From Dicyema japonicum (lineage: Eukaryota; Animalia; Dicyemida): a DNA stretch of 64,000 nt. A model generated the notes under the pieces. That model saw nothing but the letters and a program-made list of their open reading frames with translations, was not told the origin of the DNA and did no database searches. Positions 1-12,200 of this stretch are shown piece by piece (position 1 is the first letter of the stretch; each line of letters begins with the position of its first letter). Both the position numbers and the translations under genes were made by a program. The stretch lies in contig RDEW01000024.1 of assembly GCA_011109175.1 (NCBI GenBank), positions 179,199 through 243,198 on the forward strand, given 5' to 3'.

Positions 1-290
1 TTTATTATTAATAAATAGAATCATTCATTTACTTGCAGATAGCCTCCCTCAATTTAGTCAGCTAAAATTAGCCAACTCCCTCATTTGCTTAAGAAATCCA
101 TTGGGGAGTAAATGGTAATAAATCTATAAATAATATTTTCATAGCGAGAAATGGTCTCATGTTAAACATACAATCTCTAACTAACAACAAACGCGATAAT
201 CAGCGAATTACTAAAAAATATATATATAAACTCCTTAAATTTGGCCAAAATTTTCTGAACTATTTTTGGCCAATTTGGAAATTGGCCAAT

Positions 291-512
291 TTGGTGGAAA
301 CGTCAGGAATCCTTGGCCCTCAAGCAGATGAGTTAATTCGTAAGATCGGCTCCATGATTCAAGCTGTGACCAAGGATCCGCGAGAGACTGGTTGGTTCCG
401 AGAACGTATCTCGTTGGCTATTGTTAGGGGAAATAGCATGGCCATTCAGATGCCTTAATTTAATTTTTATTCATTTGATAATAAAACCATAAAATTTATA
501 AAAAAAAAAAAA
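291..512 (+). mobile_element. 3' end of CRE-like (RLE-type) non-LTR retrotransposon, subfamily B
   Basis: VETSGILGP...W.RERISLAIVRGNS is the C-terminal end of the restriction-like endonuclease domain; stop at 458, then a poly(A) run at ~500-512. Confidence 0.75.
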
Positions 513-552
513 TTTTTTTTATTTGCTGAATAAATAAGTTATTTATTTAAGA

Positions 553-792
553 CAGTGGTTCTCAACCTTTTTTGGTCGCGGACCCCCAACATACTTTTGC
601 AAGTTTTTTGTCAAAAAATTATTACTTTTTTAAAAACACAATTTGTTATTAAACACGGAAATAAAATTAATGAAAAGTTTGATGTTGTTTTTTCGAGGCA
701 ATTTTTTCAATTTGAGGCTCGGTTGTCAACAAACATACTCTGATAAATAAATGTTTAGAAGTATTTCGCGGACCCCAGGTTGAGAACCACAG
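553..792. mobile_element. hAT (Buster/Charlie-type) MITE, 240 bp
   Basis: TIRs CAGTGGTTCTCAACC ... GGTTGAGAACCACAG; perfect 8-bp TSD ATTTAAGA at 545-552 and 793-800. Confidence 0.92.
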
Positions 793-899
793 ATTTAAGA
801 TCACGGAATTCCCCTTGTTTTCATGAGTCTGATTCTCTAAAATTTCTCGAAAATCTTATCAGACAGACGACTAAAAAATTCCCAATATCCCGTTTGGTA

Positions 900-1900
900 G
901 CACTGGCTGGTCCCAAGGAAATCTCCCGATAAGGTAGGGGAAATTGGCCTGAGATCTCCAACCGATTTGGCCATTCCATGCTACCTGTCGTGCCTTGACA
1001 AACTCATTCTTGTGTTCTTGTTACGGATGAGTTTGAACCCTGTGTTTACCTGGTTGTGCAGCAGTGGACAACAAGGCTTGGTGTCCCTAATAACTTTATC
1101 AAAAAGACTGGGATGAATTCTTTTTTGAAAAAAAGCTAAATGAACTTGGAAGACCCGCAGACACTTATCGTCGCACGTCTAAATGCAGTGTCTGCTGAGA
1201 ATTTATGCCTACGGTACGTGCAGTCGGTACTCTGCTTGTCAGAATACAATCAGCGTTGGAATTGCTCTTCGGCAAGGCCTTTAACTGTCTGGAACACCGA
1301 TGTTTGACAAGAAAAGACTATATCCGCTGTCATGCTGATGGAGAGCCGGTAGATTCCCTTGTAACGCCGTGTAAAACTCGACAGTCATGAGGGCTATCAA
1401 GACACAGGCATTACTTGCTTCTGTAACCCGTCAATCTAGGCAGAGGTGGTCGCAAGAGGCAGGATGGCGTAACGACCATACCATGGAGCTAAAGAAATGT
1501 CTTGCTTGGAATTCAACATGCACGAACACTTTCTATAGTGGAAAGTTGCTCAAATCTGGAAATTTAAATTTAAAAGTCAATAAATTTACAAAAAAGTAAA
1601 GTTACTCCTCGTGCATCCTATGAGGTTATTTTTTCTAGAAAAATTAATACCATTCCAGACAACTTATGTATGCAAAATAAAAACCAGGAATAAGAATCGC
1701 CTTCAAGGTTGAAGATGACCATCAGAAGCACAAGACTAGACATCGCACTTTTATTATAATTATGGAAGATAGAAGTCAAATTGATTTTGAAAAGTAGTCT
1801 CAATGTAATAAATTCCGAAGAAAAACCAGTAGGTCCCAGTTGAAGATATTGCATTACAGTGCTTCTGAGTTGACGAGTAGACTATCATAGTGTTTCACCA
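900..1900 (+). mobile_element. Highly decayed non-LTR reverse transcriptase remnants
   Basis: LLFGKAFNCLEH resembles the RT DxxKAFD motif; weaker RT N-terminal-like traces near 1680-1860; many stops. Confidence 0.3.
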
Positions 1901-1959
1901 TTGCAGAACCGGATTGTCTTCTAGGACTCACACACATGGCAAAAGATAAGAACGAGAAG

Positions 1960-2170
1960 TCAAGAGGCCAAGTAAGTAACAGCGAGTTTGAACCTCTGCC
2001 TCAACCAGAGTCCTTCGCTAGGAATCGGATCTTTCGAAGCAAGCCTTTGTCTTAAGAAGTTCAATGTCTCGGATTCCTATGACTCTTCTTACTTCTTTAA
2101 TAAAATGTGAGTTCTGCCTAATGTGAAGTTTAAGAAATGAAATCATTACTACTTCCTGTCTGGAGGGCTG
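1960..2170. repeat. Dispersed repeat, partial copies at 2795-2900 and 11628-11695
   Basis: Shared blocks AAGAGGCCAAGT..CCTCTGCCT.AACCAG.GTCCTTCG..GAATCGGATCT..GAAGCAAG and AGTTCTGCCTAA.GTGA.GTTTA; probably TE-derived. Confidence 0.55.
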
Positions 2171-4456
2171 TTTTATTATAAGAGCATGCAGATACAGATG
2201 AGGTACGTACTATCAGTGCCATTTGAGAATATTCACAATTTATAGCATATGAGTTCCAAATTTATTAAAATGAATTTTTCATGGTTAATTGTAGTCGGTT
2301 AAAGTTTTACCACGCATGCATGTATTCTCTCTAAACAGTCTGGACGTCTTTACCATGCGATAATAAAATGATGTCATCTGCATAAGCAGAGAAAAATCGT
2401 TTTCCCTTCTCGGTATCAGAATATCACATATAATAAGTCGAAGCGTAGCTAGAATTGGTAAACCATGGGTAACCAAATATGAATTTGCCGAAAGACTGAT
2501 CGAATGTTTCCGACAGACTCGTCCCCTCTAGCTACTAAGAAAATTAGCCAGCAAGACTTTAAAATTCTTAGGAATATCCGTTTAAATAAATTTTCCAAGA
2601 TTCATCATGAGAATGGAGTCGAATGCTCTGCAGACGTAAACTGAGAAAAAAGCGGTTTTTTGATCTCTTGGCTTGTGGAAGAAGCGAAAGCAAACGAAAT
2701 CACTCAGGGAGATAAGATGACTTTCAATTTATCTAGCATTTTTAAATCTGTGGCGGAGCAGCTTGTCAGAAAGAATTTCATTAATTTCACTTTTAGTTAA
2801 GAGGCCAAGTATTTCACAATGATTTCAAGCCTCTGCCTGAACCAGGGTCCTTCGTGTGAATCGGATCTCTTAGAAGCAAGTCTTTGTCCTAAGTAGTTTT
2901 AAAAAATTTATTAGTTTAAAAATTAAAATTATAAAATTTTACAATAAATTATGCAATTGTTTCAATATAACAATTTAGTAATAATGTGCTAACAAATAAT
3001 ATATAAATCGAACAATTTTAATACACCGCGAAAATTAACAAACAGTTTATATAATTGAAAATATTTCACATTTTGAAAAAGTGGATAAAAACTAAATTTA
3101 TAAAAATTTGAAATCATTAAGTATAAGGTGTCTCTCAGTTTTACATAGTAACAATATATTTCTATCCAATACATAAAAACAATGATTGAATTCAAATGTA
3201 CACTTTCACTAGAAGAAACACTAATTAACAATCACTTTCACAATTGGACAATTTTCATTCAGTTTTCATCCAAATGTTACTACACCGAAATTCTACAGTA
3301 AAATTAATGGATTTGACAAGAAATTAAAACTTTATTAATTCTAATGCTCCTATCCCTTAAACATTAAATTCTGCATTTACGAATAGAATTTTAAAATCGT
3401 TTCAAGTTTAAATGATAACTTGAAATTTTATACTTTTGTCGAATTTTGTAAATATTAATATTTTTAATTATGAGTATAAATTATCCATCTGTTACCTGCA
3501 TATTTAAATTAAAATCAATCAGCGATTGAAATATTTTTTAAGTGATGTAGCACTCGTGTAATCACGTATCCGTAGTCTTATATTCACACATCCGAATTCC
3601 TGTAATCACACTTTCGAGTTCTTACAATTTTAAACTTTCAATATTGGGAATTTTAAAATTTTTATGACGACTATTTGATATAATTTGGTAATTTGAGTTA
3701 ATTTGTTTGTCTTCTGCTCAGTTTTATGTCGATGCGATAAATCTTGATTTCTGTTGAGCCTATTATTTCTCAGTCATCATTGATATCAAGTCAGTTTCTA
3801 TAAAACCTAAAATTTATGACTGATCAAAAAATTATTCATGTCTGTTTGTTGACAAAATTTCTAAAAATCACCATGTTTGATTGAATTTGAGAAAAGTAAA
3901 GTAAAGTAGTTTGGTTGATCTGATCTACCGTTTTTTGATTGACATTCAAATGTTGTCCATTTTTGTTAGTAAATTATGAATTTGATGTTTTCATTTATTT
4001 TTCAAGAAAAAAGTTGAACAAATTTGAATTACCAATTATGCAATAATGTTTTGAGGAGTTCGAAAAAGTCAACTCAGTCCTTATTTTTTGTTAAAAAAGT
4101 TTGGATGAAAAATTAGTGTTTAAATTTGAAGAAACTCTTATCAACAAAATAATAAAAAATTTGCCGCTTTGTCATTGGGCTGTCGTAATTTCCATTCCTT
4201 TGCTTGGAAGTGACATTTTGTGTTGTACGCAGAATATTATGATATTCAGGCTATAATATCTTACTCTCAAAATCCAGTGACTACTTGAAATAAGACAAAG
4301 TGAGTATATTTGTACTTTAACCGTTTTATTAGCAAATAAAAGAAAAAAGTAAGTCTTCCATAAGATTCTAGTCTAACTTTAAACCCGTCTTAATTATAAT
4401 CTCAACTTTAACCAAAAATATCGAACAGTGTATTGAATACAGAAATAAATTATTAA

Positions 4457-5022
4457 TTTTTTTTGTTTTTTTAACAAAATATTTTTTTTAACAATTAAAC
4501 AAATGTCAGTTGAGGAAGCCGGCTGCGTGGATTGCGAACGAGTTCCCTCGGAGTATGGCTATTCCAATCTTTTGTCTCAGCCATAACCATTCTCGTTGAT
4601 CCCTTTTCTTTCTGGCAAGCATTCCTCCGAGTTCTCGCAAGAACTCAGCCGTCATTGGACCAACGGCTCCCGATGATTCGGTCGCAACAGGAGTAAATCG
4701 GTAGCGATCCCCGAGGCAAGAATATTTCTTGATTTTTAGGTTCTCCGCAGTCGAAGCAGCTGCTCCAGGTGTCTGAACCGATTTGAAAATATTCGTGCTT
4801 GAGAACGTGTCTACACAAGTTGCGTCCCAGACCAAAGATCTTCCAGACGTGAAGGGAAAAAGGGTCATCCCGTCAGGACTCTTCCCATCTCCTCGATCAA
4901 GACCCACTGGTTCAAGCTGTGCTGGGAAGCTTGTAGCCTTCAGAGCTCTGACGATCACATCGTTCAGAGCAGCATCACGTGGTCCCCTTCCGGCGCTTCT
5001 TCTGCAGGACAGCGGGTGCAAT
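4457..5022 (-). mobile_element. 5'-truncated CRE-like retrotransposon, subfamily A (RLE domain)
   Basis: ORF 4506-5021 has HPLSC, PDG, WDATC, KxxKY and AILRGNS motifs; A-rich tail; near-identical to 26836-27570 and to the 3' end of the element at 52900-56030. Confidence 0.9.
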
Positions 5023-5044
5023 CCCTATAAATTTGTTATAACTA

Positions 5045-5305
5045 GTATTTTTTTATTTTTTTTATTTATTGATATTAAAAAATGTTAAAAATTTAGGGAG
5101 CTTGAATGACCATGTTGTTTCTAATGATGATAGATATCGAGATATGCTCTCGAAGCCATCAAATCTCACGTGGATCTTTGCTTACCCTTTGGATCATTGA
5201 GCCGATCCGACTGACTAGAACGTCAGCTTGTGGGCTTAGGATTCATGACTTCTCAACAGCAAATGTGATGAACAAGAGATCTTCCGAAATGGTTCGGTAC
5301 TTCTT
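5045..5305 (-). mobile_element. CRE-like 3' fragment, subfamily B
   Basis: Minus strand reads KY...FAVE.S.IL.PQAD...RIGSMIQ...KDPRE..WLRE.IS, homologous to 291-458; A-rich tail. Confidence 0.75.
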
Positions 5306-6369
5306 TCTAAATTTTGCCAATTAAATTTTACTCAAAAAACATTGGTATAACAAATTTTGGAGATTTTCAAATCTCCACTTACTAGACATTTCAATACAAA
5401 ATTTCGATTCTGACAGACATTATCTAAAATTGTATGGAAATAGGAAAAGTCAAATTCGACTGTTATAAACACAGAGTTATCAAAACCTGCGCTAAAATCC
5501 GAAAGTTAGCAACCATTAATTCATTTTGGATTGAAAAATGCAAAAGTATTACATGAAGGTTTCAGTTCGTTATTTTGCGTTGCTAAAAACCTGATCGTCG
5601 AATAGTTTATTTTCCCGAAAAAATGTCAATCTATTACTTAAAATCAATACAGCTACGAAAGCTATCATAAGTATCACTCAGTCGACGAATCTACTGCCGA
5701 TGGTTGTAAAAATCAAAAGCTTTCACAATTCTTCTTATGACTCTTCTAATATATTACATGAATTGACGCAGTTTTGATTCATAAAGGTTTCCTATGTTAA
5801 GTGTGTTCATGACTACAGTGAGCAGACATTATTCAATAAATTTTTAACTCTCATATTTTTTGATTTAAATGAAATATATTTTCGCAACTAAATAAGTCAC
5901 AGCGAAAACATTGGAAATTTTAATTCAGTACGCTTTCATTCTTCATGGAATCTATTATCGACAACACGTCTTCAAATTACATAAATATTGATGTACTTAC
6001 GGTATCGATAGCTCTTTTAGTCAGTAAGAACTGAATATGCAACGATAGTTTGCTTTTTTAATTTAACAATCACTTGTTAAATCGATGAATTTTAAGAAGA
6101 ATGAGCTCGACTAACATAAGATTTATATTTATTTATTTTCCAGTCAATTTACGTCTAGGCCTTAGAAAAAGCAATTCTATAATACTAATTTGTAACAATC
6201 ATAAATGAAGGTTCTATTAATTTTCTAAAATCGCTGGAAAGTCATTAGAAAATTATCTGTTGATGCGACGAATAATGATTTTCACAAGTAAAAAATCGCA
6301 CCTTTTTAACTCAAATCAAATATGTAGTCAAGTTGTAAATAACTTCAAAAAATCATTTATTTATTTTTT

Positions 6370-6565
6370 CAATCCTAATTCCGCTCAGAAAGGAAATTCA
6401 ATCGTTCAACTAAATAAGTAATCTTATCTCCCCCAAATATTCTCTCTTGGACAGATCATTCTATTAACTTCTTTCAAATCTGATGAAATTGATAGTCAGA
6501 CCTAATAGGTCTTCACGACGTTCTCCAGTTTTTACAGAATCACAGGAATCTGCAACTGTTGTCAT
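6370..6565 (-). CDS. 5' part of an unidentified gene, head-to-head with calcineurin B
   Basis: ATG at 6565 gives MTTVADSCDSVKTGERREDLL; a 22-nt GT-AG intron (6480-6501) continues it as DLKEVNRMICPRENIW. No homology recognised; 3' extent unknown. Confidence 0.3.
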
Positions 6566-6697
6566 CGAGCATCAAGGTGATTATACGATAAGGTTTACCG
6601 ACGAATCGAGAAAAATCAAAAAAATTTATTAAATAGAAAAGAAAAATAATAAATTTAAAATTATAAAAATAATAAATATTAATTAGATTCCTTGACA

Positions 6698-7332
6698 ATG
6701 GTATAATAAGTAATTCGATTATTAGGGAAATAGACTCACACAAATCAGTTCTTCTTCTGAATGTACGTTTTTACAGCATTTAAGTTGACCGGGAAGAAAT
6801 CATACGGATTGGGAAGAGGTTTCGTAAGCTAGACCTTGACGGATCTGGGTCACTTAGTCTGTCAGAACTGTTCAGTCTCCCAGGACTCGAAAATAACCCT
6901 CTGGTTCAGAGAATGTTGGAGGTTTTCGACGAAAACAATAACGGAGTGATTGACTTTGAAGGTAAGTGGCTATGTTACTTTAGAATTTATCAAGGGGATA
7001 TCCTGTTTTGTGTGAAGGACGACCCCCTCGCTAAGCTCACATGTGAGTAACGTCTTTTAAAGCTCTAGTCGCATTCAAAATATACGACGTAAACAACGAG
7101 GGGTATCTAACACGTGAGGGGATGTTCAAAGTGCTGAAATTGATGGTCGGGGATAATTTAGAGGACAGCCAACTCGAACAAGTAATCGACAGAACGATTG
7201 TCTACGCAGATAAGGATGGAGACGGAAAGCTCTCGTTTGATGAGTTTTGTGAAGTAATCCGTCATCGCTTATTTGCAGGCTGTGAAACATTTGGGGATCG
7301 ACCAACAAATGGTTGTTCGTACGAGTATATAA
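6698..7332 (+). CDS. PPP3R1: Calcineurin B regulatory subunit (4 EF-hands, N-myristoylation MG start), 6 exons
   Basis: Exons 6698-6700, 6726-6762, 6785-6961, 6984-7042, 7069-7253, 7279-7332; introns 25, 22, 22, 26, 25 nt. Splices to MGN...FDREEIIRIGKRFRKLDLDGSGSLS...NPLVQR...FDENNNGVIDFEEFI...FAFKIYD...LKLMVGDNL...DKDGDGKLSFDEF. One base is missing near 7006-7010 (T run). Confidence 0.96.
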
Positions 7333-7439
7333 CCAACTTATTTAATCGATTAAATCCTAATCACTTTACGTAAATATCTGTTTGTCGATAATTTGACGTT
7401 TTCTAAGCTAAGGAATATATCGAACTGTTCTGCCCCAAT

Positions 7440-8130
7440 TTAGTCAAAATCAGCGAACCGAGACCAAGAGTAAAACCAAACTAACTAATCCCATGTTTTA
7501 GTAGAGCTCTCATCCAAGCACAGTGATTTAGAAGACAATGTCCGAGAAGCTGAGGTCGAGGCTAGAACTCGCCGCCAGGTATCGAACTTGTCTCCCGGTG
7601 GAATGAAGATATCCTTTTTGATCACTCTTCTGGTATTAGGTAGCTCTTGAGTAAGGTAGATCCGATGATGCACTAGAATGAAGAAGAGAAATTCTCAATC
7701 AAGTAGTCACATAGCTTCAAAAGGTCTAGACAATGTCCAGGTTATATTTCACAAAAATGTCTTTAGTGCCTCTTGACGTTTATTGCCCATCGTTCCAGTT
7801 ATTCAGACAAGTATGGAGAACGAGTAGAGACGATACAAGGGTACTCCGTTTTCAAAAATGGTTATTTCCTCTTTGGATTCAAGGGAAATGCGCTCGATTC
7901 ACGTATGTCTTATGTTCGGGTTGAGATAGTTTCTTTAGTTTTTTGAGGAAAGGTTAAGAAGATTTTCGCAGGGAGAAGAAAATACATCGCATCACTGGGG
8001 AGGTCAGCATTTTTCCGACACCTTAATGTTTCGGCCTTCGCAGCAGGTGAATATCCATTGGTAACACTCTGAGGGAAGCTGTTCAAAGTGAAAGTATCGG
8101 ATCCGTGACATCCTGGACAATACGTGATTA
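7440..8130 (-). mobile_element. Decayed RLE-type (R2/NeSL-like) retrotransposon 3' region; related fragment at 34680-34830
   Basis: Traces of LNSFP..CRK zinc motif, a KY motif and KGY.H/HRET..L C-terminal motif. Clear nucleotide similarity to 34680-34830 (TTGTCTCCCGGTG..TATCCTTTT, CCAAGCAC.GT.AT). Confidence 0.35.
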
Positions 8131-9539
8131 CCTGAAAGTTGATTGAAAGACAATTTACCATGAATTGATTAATGATGTAACTTTAAGTTATTCGATGCAT
8201 TTTAGAGGTTAGTTAAGTAAAAAATAAATAATTTTGGCGTGTTGAGTCATTAAAGCTGTAGAATCGGTATCATACCAAATAGCCTTAATTCAAGTTGAAG
8301 AAAAGCTACATAAATGAGATCATGGCGCTAAAATGAATATTTATTATTTATTTATTCCCGGTCCTTTCGAGTGAAAGATATGTTGCAAACAAAACACGTG
8401 GAAGGCGTTGAAAAGAGTAAGTACGACATAAATTTGAATTGGCCACACGGGACAGCCAACGGGAAACTGATATTTATATTAGGTCGGTCGACGGAATAGA
8501 TGAGATCTGAAGATGTTTTCCATACGAGAGTTTGAGTGAAGGGATTAAGCATAAACTTCCAGGAATCTAATTATTCTTTTAAGTGTCTCTACTTCCCACC
8601 TTAGCCAGGATTTCAGTCAAATCCTAATTTTTTGCAACTTGCACAGATGGTTCCACAAGAAACTTTCCAGATAACTTCAGAACACATTTCTGAGAGTTCT
8701 ATTTAACACAGTTGTTTGTTCTATCCACTTCCGACTGAACATAGTACCAATGTCATCACTAGGGCAACCGAAAAGTTTTTCTTAAAAAATTACCTAAAAA
8801 GTCAATTAAATTGCCTTAATAGGTACGAAAAGTTAAAAAATTCAGTTTTACCAAAATCTACAGTAATACGGAGTAGCAGTTGCACGCCTTTGGGAAACTA
8901 GTTTCCGCTGAACTGAATGAATACTATGGGGAATACAGATTTCTATTCTAGGACCGAACTGCAGGAAATATGTAATGAGCTTTTGGTGCATCAAAACACT
9001 ACAATAGAAAAATATGGAAAATCAATGACAGGATTTTCACAATCCAGATATTGATTAGCAATAAATTATCAAAAAAATAAATGTTTATGATCTCATCGTG
9101 CTATAACTGAAAAAATTTAAATGAACTTGACCTATTCTACACTGTGCTGTCATCGACTCTCGATGGTATCCATGGGTGACCATAGATTCTTATTTCTAAG
9201 GATTCTCGAAAGTTGAATAGGAAGTAATGGTGAAGCATTCATTGGTAGTCACAACAGAGCAAAGAAATCCAATAGAGATGCACTTGTTGACATCTGTGAG
9301 GCAGCATATCATAAGAATGAGCCGAGCATTGCGACAAAAAATGGAATGGTAGCTTACTTCCAGAGCAGCTGTGAATATGGCAGACGTTGTCGCTACTCTC
9401 TCCCTATTGCAATTCATCAAGATCGTGTGAATGTAAAAAAACAGACAATCTAAATATCCTACAAATAATCAACTGGACATGAAATATTGTCCACGATGTT
9501 GCAGAAGCGACAAGGAGATAACTTTCTTCAATAAAAATA

Positions 9540-9990
9540 TTATTTTGAATAAATAATGGTTATCCAATTGTAATTAACACTAATGTGCAAGCTTAATTCA
9601 TTTATTTGGGCATTGGCCCTTTGTACCACACTCACTGTTCCGATCGTATACCACTAGAGAAATTGAAGAGGGGGTGGGTATACCCTTCTCATAAGACATG
9701 CCCTGGCCATGTACTTTTGGAAGTTGTACTGACTGCACAGGGAAGCAAATCCCTGTCCATTTGTCGGGTGTGGTCTACATTATTCCTAGTTTTCTTGATC
9801 AGCTTCCGGAGATGCCGTCGACATAAGAGTTTGTGTCGAAGCTGTTCCGCAAGATTTTTATTTTCTTTACAGGTATTTTTTGTCTGGTTGATAAATTTTT
9901 TCCAAGTCATATGTATGATGTAAATAAACGAAGATGATTTTTCAGCCGATATATCAAACCGGTTATAATTTGCCCTTTTACAAAATAATA
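9540..9990 (-). mobile_element. Internally deleted 3' fragment of Jockey/I-like LINE
   Basis: Shares GTATACCCTTCTCATAAGACATG and CTGCACAGGG.AGCAAATCCC with the LINE at 35295-36830. Confidence 0.7.
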
Positions 9991-10489
9991 ATAAAACACA
10001 AAATTATACATTTGCGTTGAAGAAACTTCTATTTTTTGTTAAAATTTTGTCATCATCGTCTTGATAAGCATTCCTATTGTGCAATCAAGTATTTCCACGA
10101 GGAAACATTCTTTCGTTTCTCTGAGAATCCTTTTGGTAAATACTCTTCACATTGATACTCGTCTATCGTTTGCGGAGAAGGTGAAATTATAGATCTTCGA
10201 GACTGAACTAGACTTTTCTAACCATGTTCCTAAATTATTTAACATTAATTGATACAAATCTTAGTCCAACATTGCTTCTCAATTTCCATTCTTACAAGAC
10301 CATTTAAAGGAACAACTTTTCTTGAAAAAATATTATTGAATCTTCGTTATTTCGAGGAAGATTTTACAGTTTTAAGATTTTCGCATGAACACTAAAAAAC
10401 GTGGAAATTTGTTATAGATTTAAATAAAATAAAATAATAATAAATAAATAACTGTTTTTTACGCGAGCCATAATATTTATAGATCTGTA

Positions 10490-10775
10490 TATTCGACACG
10501 TTGCTGGGAGTATCCTTGATGAGGACAACACAAGACTTATTCGTTTCCTATTCAGAGGTAGGCCTAGAGTCATCTTTCCTGTGGCTTAAACAAGGATCTT
10601 AATGAAATTGAAAGAAAACTTAAATCTACAGAAGACCGAAAAAATCTACGAACAGATTCGCAAAGCAGAGGCCGATGGAGATGCTTAGTAAAACAAATTT
10701 TAAAACGTGTGGCACAAATGGGATCTTAGTTAATATAACGTTATTTGGTTCTGTGAAAGTGCTTTTAATAATAAT
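10490..10775 (+). mobile_element. Internally deleted RTE 3' fragment
   Basis: LDEDNTRLIRFL joined to RGRPR..FP...NKDL...LKST.D...RGRW, matching the RTE at 15555-17696; ends GTGCTTT(TAA)n. Confidence 0.7.
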
Positions 10776-10819
10776 ATGCGGGACACGCAATTTATTAGAG
10801 TTAAGGGCAGTTGTATGAT

Positions 10820-11250
10820 TGTAATGGTCTTGTGGAACGCGTCGGATTTGACAGAGGTGATGGAAAGAGGCGTAACGACCATGCTGTGGAGCCAAGGAAA
10901 GAGTCTTGCTTGGGATTCAAAGTGCACTGATACTTTCTCAAACGTGAATATTTTCAAGTCATCGCTGTGCGGGGGTTCTGCACCGAGTACCGCTGAAGAT
11001 TGGAAATGGAGGAAGTACCATGGCCTTGGAAATCGGTTCGCCATACATCTGATCTTCGTTGAGACGTCTGGAGTGTTTAACTCCTGCACAACAAAGTTTA
11101 TCGAGCTGATTGGGAGGCTTGCAGTTCTAAGGAAGGAAGAACCTAGAATGTCATAATGGCTCTTCCAGAACATTGGTTCTCTATCATTATTGGTAACTCC
11201 CATTGTGTCTAAATGCTAGCAGGCCATAATGGAGACCTTAAAATAAATTA
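10820..11250 (+). mobile_element. Degenerate CRE-like RLE fragment
   Basis: GKSLAWDSKCTDTFS...KWRKY...FVETSGVF, homologous to subfamily A copies. Confidence 0.8.
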
Positions 11251-11849
11251 GAATATTGTTGACAATTTAATTTTGAATAAATTTCATTTTCCATAATAAT
11301 AAATAAATATTAATTTAAAAAAGTTTGTAGTCGATGATATGATTATAAATTATAAAAATAAAAGTATATTGATTTTGATACAGTTAGTGAGTTTTAGCAT
11401 CTAAATAAGTATTAACTTAAGGATGTCACGACATGTATATGATTGCTGGATTTCGTAGCTTATACAGCGGTATATTTGAAGGTAAAAATACCTCTGCAGA
11501 TCTCCAATTCGAGTAGAAGATATAAGATTCCCGTAGACGAACAGAATTCTAGCGTCCAAGGAGGAAGAGAACAGGATGTTTCAACTGCGACCGGAAAAAT
11601 TTTGCTCGTTTCGACCACTCGCCCTAAATGTTAGTTCTGCCTAAGGTGAGGTTTAGGTAATGAAAACATTACTCCAGCTTGTCGGAAGGGCTATAAAAAA
11701 TAATCAAAGATCTCTGGGATAAATATTAGCAATCGACTAACATTGCCAAGGTCCAGTTAGAAGAATCTTCATTGTTTTTGAGGTAGACAGACAAATTAGG
11801 GTGTTGCCGGATGAAAAGTAACAAATACGAAGGATATTCGTAAGATAAT

Positions 11850-12120
11850 AATTTTTATTTAATAACTTCAGTCTTACAATTTTTGGCAAGCCCGGCACAA
11901 ACAGTCACAACAAATTAGTCAAGTCAAAAACTCAAAGAAGAATGTCTGCTTTTTCGAGTAGATCCATCCTCAAAAATTACAGGCTTCCGGTTCAGAAGAG
12001 GAGAGGAGAAGAAGGTTCGCCTTCTATTTTCATCAGACGTCCCACCGTAGCAGACATCACTTCATTCTTCGTCGTAAAAGTTTTCATAATGGACAATCTT
12101 CACCAGAGGACTTGGTCAAA
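11850..12120 (-). mobile_element. Probable LINE 3' end; second copy at 25530-25780
   Basis: Two diverged copies share CTTACAATTTTTGG.AAGCC..AGTCACA..ACTCAAAG..ATCCATCCTC; A-rich tail on the minus strand. Confidence 0.5.
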
Positions 12121-12200
12121 GAAATTCAAAAAAATAATATATAAAAATAAATTAATTTAAATTATTATAAAATAATATTCAAGTAATTAAAAAGCAGAAA

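Noticed and set aside
240-295. Clustered TTGGCCAA palindromes
   Set aside because: Possibly a TE end remnant, but too short to assign and no partner end was found.
2900-4220. AT-rich, possibly coding region
   Set aside because: No sustained frame or recognisable motif on either strand.
7485-8161. Host gene starting ATG|27-nt intron at 8161
   Set aside because: No splicing model gave a continuous frame, and the remnants look more like a decayed RLE retrotransposon with a second copy at 34680-34830. Not fully excluded.
8330-10390. Possible minus-strand host gene(s) with micro-introns
   Set aside because: Some intron-like GT..AG segments and open stretches exist, but I could not build a consistent model or recognise a product.
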